A DNA stretch of 64,000 nucleotides from an uncultured delta proteobacterium. GTDB taxonomy: Bacteria > Desulfobacterota > Syntrophobacteria > BM002. The translations under genes and the position numbers were made by a program. The notes under the pieces are model-generated. The model saw nothing but the letters and a program-made list of their open reading frames with translations, was not told the origin of the DNA and did no database searches. Every line of letters starts with the position of its first letter. The stretch's first letter is position 1. Shown in pieces: positions 9,199 to 19,424 of this stretch. The DNA lies in NCBI GenBank assembly GCA_963712115.1, contig CAVQGX010000027.1, positions 91,111 through 155,110 of the forward strand, in the 5' to 3' direction.

Positions 9199-9221
9199 GT
9201 GAGGGGGGGAGGCCCCCTCAC
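9199..9221 (+). terminator. GC-rich hairpin, possible terminator
   Basis: GTGAGGGGG...CCCCCTCAC after the 8811 gene. Confidence 0.4.
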
Positions 9222-9262
9222 TTGCTTAGTCCAGAGCCGGGAAGCTTCCCTAGGAGTTCACC

Positions 9263-9481
9263 ATGCAAGAGAAAAGATTAATCTGCACTCAGTGCGGCAA
9301 CCCGTTTATCTTTACCATTCCCGAACAGCAACGTCTCAACTCCCTCGGGTTTGATGCCCCGAAGCGGTGTGGGGAATGTCGGAAAAAGAAGATTAAAGAC
9401 GGCCCGTCACGGCATGAGACAAAAATGAAGTACAAACGCCAGAAATCTAAAAACCACTCGGAGGACGTTTTCGACCATTAG
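9263..9481 (+). CDS. Zinc-ribbon domain protein (zf-trcl-like)
   Basis: CTQCGNPFIFT..EQ..GF.APKRCGECR pattern; RBS AGGAG. Confidence 0.85.
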   Translation: MQEKRLICTQCGNPFIFTIPEQQRLNSLGFDAPKRCGECRKKKIKDGPSRHETKMKYKRQKSKNHSEDVFDH

Positions 9482-9746
9482 TCATAGTTGGTAGAAGTTC
9501 AGAGCTGACAGGTGGTGCGTATTTGCCCTCCTTTTATCGGAAAAGCAATCCTTCAACCTTAATCGAGATTAGAGGTTTTTGTTTGACATCTCTTTGTCAT
9601 TTTGCTAGCTCATTTAAGGACACAACAAAGGGGTGCGGCACTCTGGAATATGGAATCAAATTTATCTAAAGACCCGCACAGTAGCAAAAGGGACAAAGGA
9701 GGCAGCAGTTTGAATTGCCTCGCTACCTGCGGACAGGGCAAAGGCA

Positions 9747-11108
9747 ATGACCGAGAGAGGATACCAATTGCTTCAGGACACGGTAGAGAGGCTGTTGCGC
9801 CGAAATGCCACTTACCACCTGACCAATATCCTCAAAAAGACCCACCCTGCTGATATAGCCTACCTTTTCAAACTTCTGGACGACCGTTCAGCCCACACCG
9901 TTTTCAAGCTCTTACCCGATGTGGACACCGCCGCTGATGTCTTGTCGGAGATACACCCGTCTTTCCGGAGCAAATTCATTCAAACTCTGTCCACCGACCG
10001 TCTGGTGGAGATCCTTTCTGCCATGGCGGATGACGATGCAGCAGACCTACTCGCCGGTCTCCCAGATGAGGTACGTGAGAAAATCCTTGGGCTCATGTCG
10101 CACAAAGACACAGAAGAGCTCTCTGAGCTATTGAGATACCCGGAGGATTCGGCCGGCCGCATTATGACCACTGATTTTCTAGCCCTGCCAGAGAACATGA
10201 GCGCCCAAGAGGCGGTGCAAGAAGTGCGCAAGGCGTCGGCAACCGAGATGGTCTTCTACCTCTACGTGGTTGATGAGCAACGGCGTCTTTCAGGCGTGCT
10301 CTCTTTGCGCCAGCTGGTAACTGCCACTGATGAGACCAAGCTTTCCCGTATAATGACATCAGAGGTGGTCAAAGTGCATGTCACTACTGACCAGGAGGAA
10401 GCAGCGCGAAAGGTTTCACGTTACAACCTCCTGGCGGTACCTGTTGTAGGTGACAACGATATTCTTGTTGGGATTATAACTGTAGATGACGTTATCGATG
10501 TTTTGCGCGAGGAAGCCACCGAGGACATTTTGAAAATGGCCGGCACCTCAGAGGAAGAGATCAGTTCTTTCTCAGTGTGGCGCAGTGTAAGGGTACGCCT
10601 GCCCTGGCTTTTCGCAGCCTGGATCGGAGGCGTTGCTGCTATCAAGATAATAGAGGGCTTTGAAGGCCAGTTCAGCGAACAGATCACCTTGTTCGCCTCC
10701 CTGGCGGCTTTCATTCCGGTTATCATGGGAATGGGGGGCAACATAGGTACCCAAAGCCTATCAATCACCGTCCGTGGGCTGGCTACTGGAAGGATTGATC
10801 CCAAATTGCTGTGGAGGGTAGTTTTTAAAGAGATCAGGGTGGGGCTGCTCCTTGGGATTGCTTATGGCTTCCTACTTGCTCTCGTGGGCTGGTTTTTGAA
10901 CAAGAGCCTAATCTTGGGTGTGGCGGTGGGTGTGGCCATGTGTGGTAATATGACCCTGGCGGCGGTGGTCGGCACTTTCTTACCCCTAATAGCCACAAAG
11001 CTTCGCATAGATCCGGCGGTGGCCTCGGGTCCCTTCGTGACTACCAGTATAGACGTCCTCGGCGTCACCCTCTTTTTCCTCACCGCTGCCCTGCTCATCC
11101 TCAACTGA
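9747..11108 (+). CDS. mgtE: Magnesium transporter MgtE
   Basis: HPADIA N-domain, CBS pair (SAGRIMT), GMGGNIGTQ and DPAVASGPFVTTSID transmembrane motifs. Confidence 0.96.
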   Translation: MTERGYQLLQDTVERLLRRNATYHLTNILKKTHPADIAYLFKLLDDRSAHTVFKLLPDVDTAADVLSEIHPSFRSKFIQTLSTDRLVEILSAMADDDAADLLAGLPDEVREKILGLMSHKDTEELSELLRYPEDSAGRIMTTDFLALPENMSAQEAVQEVRKASATEMVFYLYVVDEQRRLSGVLSLRQLVTATDETKLSRIMTSEVVKVHVTTDQEEAARKVSRYNLLAVPVVGDNDILVGIITVDDVIDVLREEATEDILKMAGTSEEEISSFSVWRSVRVRLPWLFAAWIGGVAAIKIIEGFEGQFSEQITLFASLAAFIPVIMGMGGNIGTQSLSITVRGLATGRIDPKLLWRVVFKEIRVGLLLGIAYGFLLALVGWFLNKSLILGVAVGVAMCGNMTLAAVVGTFLPLIATKLRIDPAVASGPFVTTSIDVLGVTLFFLTAALLILN

Positions 11109-11380
11109 GTTGCCCGGCACTGCTTGGCGTGTGACCTTTCGCAGTCACTCAGAAGAGACATCAGCATAGGCCAAAAGGGAATGCTGCGAAACAACGAGCA
11201 TCTGAGCAACCTGTCTTTGCCAATCTCAGCCTTGAGAGGGCCTGCATGAAGATGTGGTGCTTCCTCAACAGGAACTCTGCCAATAAATGGCGCGAATATG
11301 ATCGTTGTGGAGTAGCTTTCCTGTGGCCTATGTCAGAAAAATATTCTTGGGGAAACTCCTGAAAAAAGGTAGAAAAATTT

Positions 11381-11590
11381 ATGAAGCTCCTTTGTCCTAA
11401 CAATTGTCCACCTGCTATAGACAGTAATATTGGATTTCGCTTGGTAGGTGTACCAGTCAATTTGAGAGATGATTTAACCATAGATATTGAAGGAATACAT
11501 AGTTCCATAATTAATATCCTTAAGGGGCTAATACCGGGTGCCAAATTATTATGTGGCAGGTGCAACGAAAAAGCAGTGATGGAAAAGTAA
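11381..11590 (+). CDS. Small hypothetical protein with terminal Cys pairs
   Basis: LLCPNNC at the N terminus and LLCGRC at the C terminus; AT-rich; weak RBS. Confidence 0.4.
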   Translation: MKLLCPNNCPPAIDSNIGFRLVGVPVNLRDDLTIDIEGIHSSIINILKGLIPGAKLLCGRCNEKAVMEK

Positions 11591-11834
11591 TATTATCTCA
11601 CCAAATTTTCTATCTTCCCGGCCAATATCAAAGGTGAGCTTTTGCCTCGACTGCGGTTGTGGTTGCGCTGGACATTGGTCCTGAAGTGTACTAAAAAAAT
11701 TTTTTGGCTCGGAAAGAGTGAGGGGTTGTTTCTGAGTTAAGGAGAGAGGGCAGTCACGGGAAGCCCCATAGCGTTCCGAAGGATTACTAAAGATTGAACA
11801 GATGAAACTCTTGGGGGCAAAAGGTGAGATTAGG

Positions 11835-12197
11835 ATGAAGAGGCTAGTTTTTGTTATACTACTGGTATTCTTCTTTTCAGCAAATGCATATGGCAATAAT
11901 TGCGCGAGATTAACCAACCGTGAATTCTATGTTGAGTCGTTGTCTAACTCTTGCCAGGTTGTCTGGGGTGCCGAAATACTCAACATTTGTGATAGACCCA
12001 TTGAGCTGGAATTAGAAGGCGCCTTGGTTAATAAGAAAGGCTACGTACTGCACAAGGACAGGTCGCGGAAGATTTTTCTGGAACCTGGAGAAACCGCAAA
12101 GGTACATCGAAGATTTGCCACTAGTTGTCGCTTATTACTCGAGGTCAAAGCGCTTAACTATTCCACCATCGTCGTAAAACATAGCAAAGGCAGATAG
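11835..12197 (+). CDS. Hypothetical secreted protein
   Basis: MKRLVFVILLVFFFSANAYG signal peptide; LEPGET typical of Ig-like folds. Confidence 0.7.
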   Translation: MKRLVFVILLVFFFSANAYGNNCARLTNREFYVESLSNSCQVVWGAEILNICDRPIELELEGALVNKKGYVLHKDRSRKIFLEPGETAKVHRRFATSCRLLLEVKALNYSTIVVKHSKGR

Positions 12198-12317
12198 GTA
12201 AGAGTTAGTGAGTTATATTATTCATTCGAATCAAGGCAGCCTGATCCTTTTGGCCAGGTAGGAGTTCAATGGTTTGCCAGTAAAGGAGACGAGCGGTTTT
12301 GGAGTACCATAGGAATA

Positions 12318-12566
12318 GAAATTCCAAATCACAAATCACAGATATCAAACAAATCACAATGACCAAAATTCGAAATTCCAAACCTGTTTTGTGTTTTGGT
12401 CATTGAATATTGGAATTTGAGATTTATTTGTAATTTGGTGCTTGGAGTTTGGGATTTCACTTTTTCACCACTCCATTACTCCAGCAGACGTGCGTATAAA
12501 GGAAAGACCCTAAAAGCCCCCCTGGGGGGCAGCTCAAAGCCAGTTTTTTTGGGCCAGGACTCTTTA
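12318..12566. repeat. Interspersed repeat family A, copy 1 (heptamer-periodic imperfect palindrome plus tail)
   Basis: ATATCAAACAAATCACAATGACC.AAATTCGAAATTCCAAACCTGTTTTGTGTTTTGGT shared with 24514-24744. Confidence 0.85.
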
Positions 12567-12599
12567 TTAATCTAAACTAATCACTTGAAGGAGGAAGCT

Positions 12600-13010
12600 A
12601 TGTTAAGAAAATCCACTTACAAACTGCGCGTTACCAGAAGAGAGGCCCTTTGCGTTCATGACGAGCCAGACCATACTTTGATGCTGGTGGAAATGGAGGG
12701 AGAGCCCATAGATTATACACCAGGAGTGGCCGGAGAATTCCTCTCCCGCCGCAGTGTCAATTTCCATGACCGTACCAAGGGATCAGGGTCGATGCAGGGC
12801 TATGCCATGACCCACTTCCAATACGGCTCGGTGTACAGCCGCTTCGAAGGCCAAAGGGATGGGAAGAGCAAAACCACTAAGGGCACCTGGAAAACCTACA
12901 GGGGAACAGGCAAACTGGCCACCATCACAGGGGAGGGTACCTTCACCGTAAGTAGCGGACAAGCTCCAGGTGAATTCATCCTAGCGATGGAGGGTGAGTA
13001 CGAACTTTAG
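12600..13010 (+). CDS. Hypothetical protein (beta-rich)
   Basis: RBS GGAGGA; GTWK..GTGKL..I.GEGTF pattern. Confidence 0.75.
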   Translation: MLRKSTYKLRVTRREALCVHDEPDHTLMLVEMEGEPIDYTPGVAGEFLSRRSVNFHDRTKGSGSMQGYAMTHFQYGSVYSRFEGQRDGKSKTTKGTWKTYRGTGKLATITGEGTFTVSSGQAPGEFILAMEGEYEL

Positions 13011-13100
13011 CCGCGTCTGTTTCTGAAGAGGAAAGGAGCACGACGAAGGTTTTCGCCGTGCTCCGGCCGCGGATTAGTTTGGGCTCTGTTAGGTAACGGA

Positions 13101-14168
13101 ATGAAAAAATATCATATTTCAATCCTCATCTCCTTGGTCTTACTCGGCATGGTAAAGCCCGAGGCATCGGCCAAGTCTGCTTGTAGTGAATCAGTGCCGG
13201 AGATCTTCAAGAAGGTTTCTCCCTCGGTGGTATTCATCTCGGCGGTTTCCTTCGACCCTTTCAAGACCAAAGACCGTTTGGCCACCTCTGTGGGCTCAGG
13301 TTTTATTATCAGGAAGGAAGGAGTCATTCTTACGAACTCTCACCTTGTCTTCGGCCATCAAACCATTGATGTAATTCTGGACAACGGCTTTACCACCCGG
13401 GCTGAACTTGTTGGGGTGGATCCATTTCTCGATTTGGCCGTGCTTCGGATCTCAGTGCCGGTGAAAAGCCTTCCTGTGGTGATCTTGGGTGACTCTGACA
13501 AGGTTCAAACCGGGGAGGACGTTTTGGCCTTCGGTAATCCCTTCGGCCTAGAGCAGACTCTGACAAAAGGAATAATATCCGGGGTTAACCGGACTCTCCC
13601 GGCCTCCCCTATGAGCCCGGAGCTGCCACTCATTCAAACCGACGCAGCATTTAGTCCCGGCAACTCCGGCGGGCCACTGGTGAACGGTTGTGGAGAGGTC
13701 ATCGGCATCAATACGGCGATGTTTGGTCAGGGTGAAAACATCAATTTTGCTGTGCCCATAAACACGGCCAAGAAAGTTCTCCCCCAACTGCTTGCCAAGG
13801 GGAGGGTCATTCGTCCCTGGCTCGGAGTCGGCGGCAAGTTCATCCAGAAAGAGCTTGGACAGATCATCAATCTGCCCCTGGTGGATGGGTTCATGGTGGA
13901 GACGGTTGAACCGGAGAGTCCTGCTGAGCAGGCGGGCCTGAATGAGGGGGATTTGCCCGTCACCCTTGCCGGCACGGAGTATCTCTTCGGTGGAGATATC
14001 ATAGTTGCGATTAACGGTCGTGCTTTCACCGGCCGAGATGAGTTGGCCGACTTGGTGAGTTCACTCAGGGTGGGCGACAAAGTGCGTTTGACCCTTTACT
14101 ATGGGGGAGAGACAAGGGAGGTGGAAATGCAGCTCACAGAGCGACCGCTTCTGTTGGGTGACTTTTGA
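13101..14168 (+). CDS. HtrA/DegP-like serine protease with one PDZ domain
   Basis: Signal peptide; GSGFII, TNSHLV, DLAVL, PGNSGGP triad; SPAEQAGL..GDII PDZ. Confidence 0.93.
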   Translation: MKKYHISILISLVLLGMVKPEASAKSACSESVPEIFKKVSPSVVFISAVSFDPFKTKDRLATSVGSGFIIRKEGVILTNSHLVFGHQTIDVILDNGFTTRAELVGVDPFLDLAVLRISVPVKSLPVVILGDSDKVQTGEDVLAFGNPFGLEQTLTKGIISGVNRTLPASPMSPELPLIQTDAAFSPGNSGGPLVNGCGEVIGINTAMFGQGENINFAVPINTAKKVLPQLLAKGRVIRPWLGVGGKFIQKELGQIINLPLVDGFMVETVEPESPAEQAGLNEGDLPVTLAGTEYLFGGDIIVAINGRAFTGRDELADLVSSLRVGDKVRLTLYYGGETREVEMQLTERPLLLGDF

Positions 14169-14218
14169 ATATGGACCAAACGAAATAATCTGAGCGGTCC
14201 TAGAGATGGAGGTGATGC

Positions 14219-14866
14219 ATGGTACCCATTAGTGGGCTAGTAAAGAGAAAGGCCATTTACACTTTTTTAATGGTGATCCTTCTGGCGAGCGTGGTCACCT
14301 GCGCCCAGCACAAAACTTATTGGCTCCATCTCCGCCCGCATCCAGAGGGGGAGCAAGGGCCGACGACGAAACTCACCATTGGCGTTTTGCCCTTCGAGGA
14401 CGGTCGGGTTTCCACCCAAAAGTTGGGAGCGCGAGTCCTCCGTAACGGTAGAGAGGAGCCTATCCGTCTCGAATCATCCTCTGCCGCTGAAGATTTAACT
14501 CACATACTGCGCCGCTCCCTCAAGGCGAGGAATATTCCCGTGGTTACAATTTCAACTTGGGATCCAGCTCCGCAAAATCTCAAGGATCTGCCGCCAGAGG
14601 TGGACATCGCCATAGCAGGAAGGATAGAGGCCCTGGAAGTAGAGGCGCAGTCGTCTACCTTTAAAACCACACTTCGATACAGGGTGAAGCTCTCGGCCAA
14701 GTTGGGGCTCAAGGCTCAGGGGAAAGTGGTGACAAAAAACATTGAGGTTCGTCCTGAGGAGACCGTAATGCGCTTTGAGCGCCAGAAGGTGGAAGAAACC
14801 CTCAATGAGGCGGTGGCCTCGGCTCTCAATCGGTTGGTTGAAGCGGCTTTGGCATCCTCGAGTTGA
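14219..14866 (+). CDS. Putative lipoprotein (YajG-like fold possible)
   Basis: RBS GGAGG; hydrophobic segment ending VVTC; VLPFEDGR motif. Confidence 0.7.
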   Translation: MVPISGLVKRKAIYTFLMVILLASVVTCAQHKTYWLHLRPHPEGEQGPTTKLTIGVLPFEDGRVSTQKLGARVLRNGREEPIRLESSSAAEDLTHILRRSLKARNIPVVTISTWDPAPQNLKDLPPEVDIAIAGRIEALEVEAQSSTFKTTLRYRVKLSAKLGLKAQGKVVTKNIEVRPEETVMRFERQKVEETLNEAVASALNRLVEAALASSS

Positions 14867-14966
14867 GGACTTGCGTCAACTCGAACCACTGAGTTAAGAT
14901 CAACCGAGGGGTTAATCATAGGTGTGCAGTTAAGGGGTTAGAGGATTTTGTCTTTTTCAGTGAATT

Positions 14967-16325
14967 ATGGAAGATCTCGCTTACATATTCTCCAGGGTCG
15001 AAGAAAAAAAGCGTGACTATTCCCAATATGATTTCTCCAATCACCAAGACAACGCGCTAAAAACCTTTTTCGATTTGGCCCAGGAGTTCGAGTCCCTGGA
15101 AGACCTCTGCCTCGTATGCGTAGCCGTACCTAAGAGCCACTTTGGGCTCGATACGAATCTTTACTTGATGGATAACAAAAGAGAAGTGCTGGTCTTGGTT
15201 TGCACCAGCAAAAAAGGATACCAGGGTTCGTCCGACAAATTGCCACCGACTGGCATCAAGCTGCGAAATGAGGCATTCGTCGAGAATAACTCCTTGTTCA
15301 CCCCCATATTCGGCAAGACGGCGACACAGGATGTGGGAGCCAGCACAAAAAAGCAAGAACTTCTCGGCATGCTGCAAGTCACTCCTGGAGGCGGTCTCAG
15401 CGAAAGCGAAAAATTCTATTTCCAGAAATTTGCCAACCGCATTGGCTATTCTATTTACAACAGGATTTTACAACAAAGAAATGTTGAACATTTGAAATTC
15501 ATCGAATCACTTGTTGCTGATATCGAACACAATGTTATTGTGCCCAATATGGCCTTTCGCCTCTTTCTCAGACGCCTTGAGGCCAAGATCCGCAAGAACC
15601 GTGAGATTGAAAGCGTGCTTCAGGAGAAATGCTCTGAGCTTGCTAACAATGGCACGGTCGACCATATCTGGCAGCAAGGGGTAATGGCAGAACTCCAGGA
15701 GGTAAACCGTGGGCTAGAGGATGAGTACTCTAACATTGAAAGACACAACCGCAACATCAGTCTTTTCGTGGAAAGCCTGTTTCGCCGGAGCCACTTTAAA
15801 GAAGGCCGCTTTATTCCCCAGAAGCGCCTCTGTAAGTTCAAAGAGGAGATCATTGACCCGCAGCTGGAGAGATTTAAGGAGAGTTTCCACTCAAGGGGCA
15901 TAGCCATTGATGAACACCTGGGGGGAGTGCCTTATGAGTCCCTGGTGGCGGTGGCAGATGTAGGGCTTATCTCGCAAGTTTATGCCAATCTGTTTTCAAA
16001 TGCTTTGAAATACACGCGCACCGTACATGATGGGGAGGGAAACCCGAGAACATTTATGGCCTTTGGGCAAGAATTCCTGAAGGACTACTTCGGTTCAGGC
16101 CAGGATGGGATAAAATTCAACGTATTCAGCACAGGACCGCACATCCCACCAGATGAGCGCGAGCGCATTTTCGAAGAGGGATATAGAGGGGCTGACGCTG
16201 GTGGTGTGCCAGGTACCGGTCACGGACTGAGTTTTGTCAAGAGGGCGGTGGAGATGCACGATGGAATAGTAGGCTATGAGCCTACTCCCCTGGGCAACAA
16301 CTTCTACTTCATCTTAGCTAAATAA
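14967..16325 (+). CDS. Cytoplasmic sensor histidine kinase with an atypical H-box
   Basis: N-box NLFSNALKY, F-box IFEEGYR, G2-box GTGHGLSF; H-box DIEHNVIVP. Confidence 0.85.
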   Translation: MEDLAYIFSRVEEKKRDYSQYDFSNHQDNALKTFFDLAQEFESLEDLCLVCVAVPKSHFGLDTNLYLMDNKREVLVLVCTSKKGYQGSSDKLPPTGIKLRNEAFVENNSLFTPIFGKTATQDVGASTKKQELLGMLQVTPGGGLSESEKFYFQKFANRIGYSIYNRILQQRNVEHLKFIESLVADIEHNVIVPNMAFRLFLRRLEAKIRKNREIESVLQEKCSELANNGTVDHIWQQGVMAELQEVNRGLEDEYSNIERHNRNISLFVESLFRRSHFKEGRFIPQKRLCKFKEEIIDPQLERFKESFHSRGIAIDEHLGGVPYESLVAVADVGLISQVYANLFSNALKYTRTVHDGEGNPRTFMAFGQEFLKDYFGSGQDGIKFNVFSTGPHIPPDERERIFEEGYRGADAGGVPGTGHGLSFVKRAVEMHDGIVGYEPTPLGNNFYFILAK

Positions 16326-16400
16326 CTTGCTCGAAATCACAGAGCGCAAAGAGCATAGCGTAGAGAGAAAATATTTTTCGCTCTGCGCTCATGCGTTTGA

Positions 16401-16802
16401 TCACTCCGCCTTCACCTCAATTCTCTTGGGCTTTGCCTTTTCCGCTTTGGGCAGTACCAACCTGAGGACGCCATCTTTCATGGAAGCGCTGATTTTGCTC
16501 TGATCGATGCGGTCGGAAAGGGTGAAATGGCGGTGGAATCTTCCAGTATAATACTCCCGGAGCAGATATCTTTCTTTCTCAGACCCCTGGGCCTCAACCT
16601 CTCCCGATATCTTCAACTCGTTATTCTTTAGGTCGATGGTTACGCCATCACTGGCAACCCCAGGCATGTCTGCGAGTAGGGTAATCTCTTTCTCTGATTC
16701 AAAAATATCCACTGTCGGGGTAAAAACTAAACCCGGCCTGGTGTGTTCGGCTTCGGTTTGTAGTTCTTGTTTTTCTCTAACCTGTAGCTCCTTGTCTGCC
16801 AT
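16401..16802 (-). CDS. Hsp20/alpha-crystallin small heat-shock protein
   Basis: PTVDIFE, ADMPGV, DGVLRLVLPK; RBS GGAGG. Confidence 0.95.
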   Translation of the reverse strand: MADKELQVREKQELQTEAEHTRPGLVFTPTVDIFESEKEITLLADMPGVASDGVTIDLKNNELKISGEVEAQGSEKERYLLREYYTGRFHRHFTLSDRIDQSKISASMKDGVLRLVLPKAEKAKPKRIEVKAE

Positions 16803-16839
16803 GGTAATCACCTCCTCTGCTATCCTGATCAAGGTTGGC

Positions 16840-17304
16840 TTATTCGGACCTCACCGAGATCTGACGGGGTTTCGCCTCCTCAGCTTTGGGTAAGGTCACA
16901 GTAAGCACTCCATTTTTGCATATTGCCGTGACTCTGTCGGAATCCACCCGAGTGGGCAGGGAGATAATCCGTCTGAAATTCCCTGCGTCTCGCTCCTTGC
17001 GATGATAGGATACTTTCTCTCCCTCTGCAGGAATCTTCCTCTCGCCTTTGAGGATGAGGTTGTTTTCCTTAGTGGTGATCTCAATGTTTTCGGGGTCCAC
17101 TCCGGGCAATTCTGCCCGAACATAAAGGTTGTGGTCATCCTCAGACATATTGAGTGCTGGGAAAACGCCAGCAGCAGGTGCGATTCCCCTCCCTTCAGTA
17201 AAAGCACTAGAAATTCTGTCCATCTCCCTTCTGAGACGATCCATCTCACTGAAGGGATCACGATGCCAGCCGAAAAGTCCAGGTTTCCATCTGATTACTG
17301 CCAT
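16840..17304 (-). CDS. Hsp20/alpha-crystallin small heat-shock protein
   Basis: AELPGV, GNFRRIISLP, NGVLTVTLPK; RBS AAGGAGG. Confidence 0.95.
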   Translation of the reverse strand: MAVIRWKPGLFGWHRDPFSEMDRLRREMDRISSAFTEGRGIAPAAGVFPALNMSEDDHNLYVRAELPGVDPENIEITTKENNLILKGERKIPAEGEKVSYHRKERDAGNFRRIISLPTRVDSDRVTAICKNGVLTVTLPKAEEAKPRQISVRSE

Positions 17305-17397
17305 GGTTTATCCCTCCTTTCGCAACCCTCTGTTGAGTGAATTTGTTTTTGTGCCTTTTACTCGCCGCAAAGACCAATAATAGTTTGATGTGAGCAA

Positions 17398-17426
17398 AAA
17401 TTAAGCAGCCTAATTAGTCTTGTCAA
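17398..17426 (-). promoter_or_regulatory. sigma70-type promoter of the hsp20 pair
   Basis: TTGACA-17 nt-TAATTT on the minus strand. Confidence 0.55.
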
Positions 17427-17687
17427 GTGGTTCGAAATATCTTTTTACCGGGACCTACCCGATGATAAATGGGAAGAAAACTTAAGATGTTTAAACTCAT
17501 GGTAGAAGATAATCTACATCGATCTTCAAGAGGAAATATGGGAGCAAAAACTGCCAATTGAAAGGTAAGTAGAAATCCAAACTCCGGGACTTGACGGACT
17601 CGAGCGATGAGTCTATTTTTTTCGATGAGATCAAACATTTTATCTGCACTTAGATCTTGTCAAGTAAGCTATAATCCCCATCTTCTA

Positions 17688-17773
17688 AACCGCAGAATAT
17701 CGAACAAAGAATGTCGAATGTCGAAGTGATCAGTTCATCATTCTGCGGTTTCTTGTTCTGCTGTTCGATATTC
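17688..17773. repeat. Heptamer-periodic palindromic module (family B), also embedded at ~46317-46401 and ~49360-49445
   Basis: AACCGCAGAAT.TCGAACAA.GAAT.TCGAAT.TCGAAGTGATCA.TTCAT.ATTCTGCGGTT.CTTGTTCTGCTGTTCGATATTC. Confidence 0.85.
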
Positions 17774-17940
17774 TCTTGTCTTAATGAATTACAATCATCT
17801 CTCCATTAAGGATCGGCAGGAGATTGCTCAAAGCCAAATGATATCAGGCCTGGAGCAATTCTTTTTAACCAGAGGGAATACAAAGAACACAAGGTGATGT
17901 GTATAATATTTAAAATAGTTCACTCTTCAGGCAAAAGGAG

Positions 17941-19191
17941 ATGAGAGGTATGGCGAAACCAGAAATAACCCTCTACGGCGCCCACTGGTGCCCAGATTGC
18001 CGTCAGAGCAAACAGTTTCTCGGGGAACACCAAATTCCCTACAACTGGGTAGATATCGAAGAAGACAAAGAAGGGGAAGAGTTTGTGATCAAGACAAACG
18101 AGGGCAAACGAATAATTCCCACCATCGTTTTCCCTGACGGCTCCTTCCTAGTGGAACCCAGCAATGCAGAATTGGCAGCCAAATTGGGATTGAAGACCGC
18201 TGCCAGCCGCAGTCATTACGATCTCATTGTCCTTGGGGGAGGTCCTGCCGGTCTAACCGCTGCTGTTTACACGGCTCGAGAGTTCATCGATACCCTGGTG
18301 ATAGAACGGGCTGCCTTTGGGGGACAGGCTGCGGGTACAGAAAAACTGGACAATATGCCCGGATTTCCGGACGGAGTGGCTGGCATCGAATTCTCCCAAC
18401 GGTTGCGCCAACAAGCAGAACGCTTCGGGGTGGAGCTACTTCAAGCACAGGAAGTGAATCGCCTTCACAGGAATAAAAACTACCACTGCGTGCAAACCGG
18501 AGACGGTTCGGAGTATAGCGCCCGGGCCCTACTCATTACCACCGGAAGCCGCTACCGAAGATTGAATGTGCCCGGTGAGAGCGAATTCATAGGTGCTGGT
18601 GTCCATTTTTGTGCCACCTGCGATGGTCCTTTTTATAAGGGAAAGAGAGTTGCAGTAGTTGGTGGTGGTAACAGCGCCACCGAGGAAAGCCTTTTGCTAA
18701 CTAAGTTTGCCGAAAGAGTGACCATGCTGGTGCGAGGCGGGCAGTTCAAGGCCACTCAGATCATTCAGGAGAGTGTTTTAAGCCACCCCAAAATTGATGT
18801 GCTCTGGCATACAGATGTAAAGGAATTCCTGGGTGAGAGCTCCAAGCTGAAGATGCTAAGAATAGTGAACAATCAAAATGGCGTAGAGGAAGATCTGCCT
18901 ATGGATGGAGCCTTCATTTTTATTGGTCTTGAGCCGAACACGCGTTTTCTCGCTGGAAGTGGTGTGCTCTTGGATCAATGGGGTTTCATCGTAACAGGCC
19001 ATGACCTGGTTCACAGTGGCAAGCGACCGGCGGGGTACGAAAATCGTGATCCTCATCTACTGGAGAGCAGTGTGCCGGGTATCTTCGCTGCTGGCGATGC
19101 AAGGGACAAGAGCACCAAACAGGTGGCCAGTGCTGCCGGTGAGGGGGCCAGTGCAGCCCTGATGATCCGCGAGTATCTGAAAACTGTTTGA
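17941..19191 (+). CDS. trxB: Glutaredoxin/NrdH-like domain fused to thioredoxin reductase
   Basis: N-terminal WCPDC and IPTIVF; GGGPAG, CATCDG, GGGNSA, GIFAAGD. Confidence 0.92.
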   Translation: MRGMAKPEITLYGAHWCPDCRQSKQFLGEHQIPYNWVDIEEDKEGEEFVIKTNEGKRIIPTIVFPDGSFLVEPSNAELAAKLGLKTAASRSHYDLIVLGGGPAGLTAAVYTAREFIDTLVIERAAFGGQAAGTEKLDNMPGFPDGVAGIEFSQRLRQQAERFGVELLQAQEVNRLHRNKNYHCVQTGDGSEYSARALLITTGSRYRRLNVPGESEFIGAGVHFCATCDGPFYKGKRVAVVGGGNSATEESLLLTKFAERVTMLVRGGQFKATQIIQESVLSHPKIDVLWHTDVKEFLGESSKLKMLRIVNNQNGVEEDLPMDGAFIFIGLEPNTRFLAGSGVLLDQWGFIVTGHDLVHSGKRPAGYENRDPHLLESSVPGIFAAGDARDKSTKQVASAAGEGASAALMIREYLKTV

Positions 19192-19225
19192 GAATGGGGA
19201 TCAGCCGCTAAACTAATGTTGATTA

Positions 19226-19392
19226 ACCGCAGAGATCGCTGAGTGCGCAGAGAAGCAGACTTCTGCAAAGAGGATTCATCTTCGAAGGTATCGAAGATGC
19301 ATTAAGTCGAGATTAATCCGGTTTTCACCAGGTGCGTATAATTTTGGGATGTCTTCTACTCATTTTCTGCGTGCTCTGCGCTCTCTGCGGTG
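19226..19392. repeat. Palindromic element with 9-nt-periodic arms
   Basis: ACCGCAGAGATCGCTGAGTGCGCAGAGA ... TCTGCGTGCTCTGCGCTCTCTGCGGT; internal hairpin ATCTTCGA..TCGAAGAT. Confidence 0.75.
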
Positions 19393-19424
19393 AGCAATAG
19401 GGCTCATATACAGAGGGAATTGCC

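Noticed and set aside
11109-11380. Possible ncRNA or riboswitch after mgtE, and in 25740-26160 and 28000-28360
   Set aside because: No recognisable conserved motif by eye; an Infernal/Rfam scan would be needed
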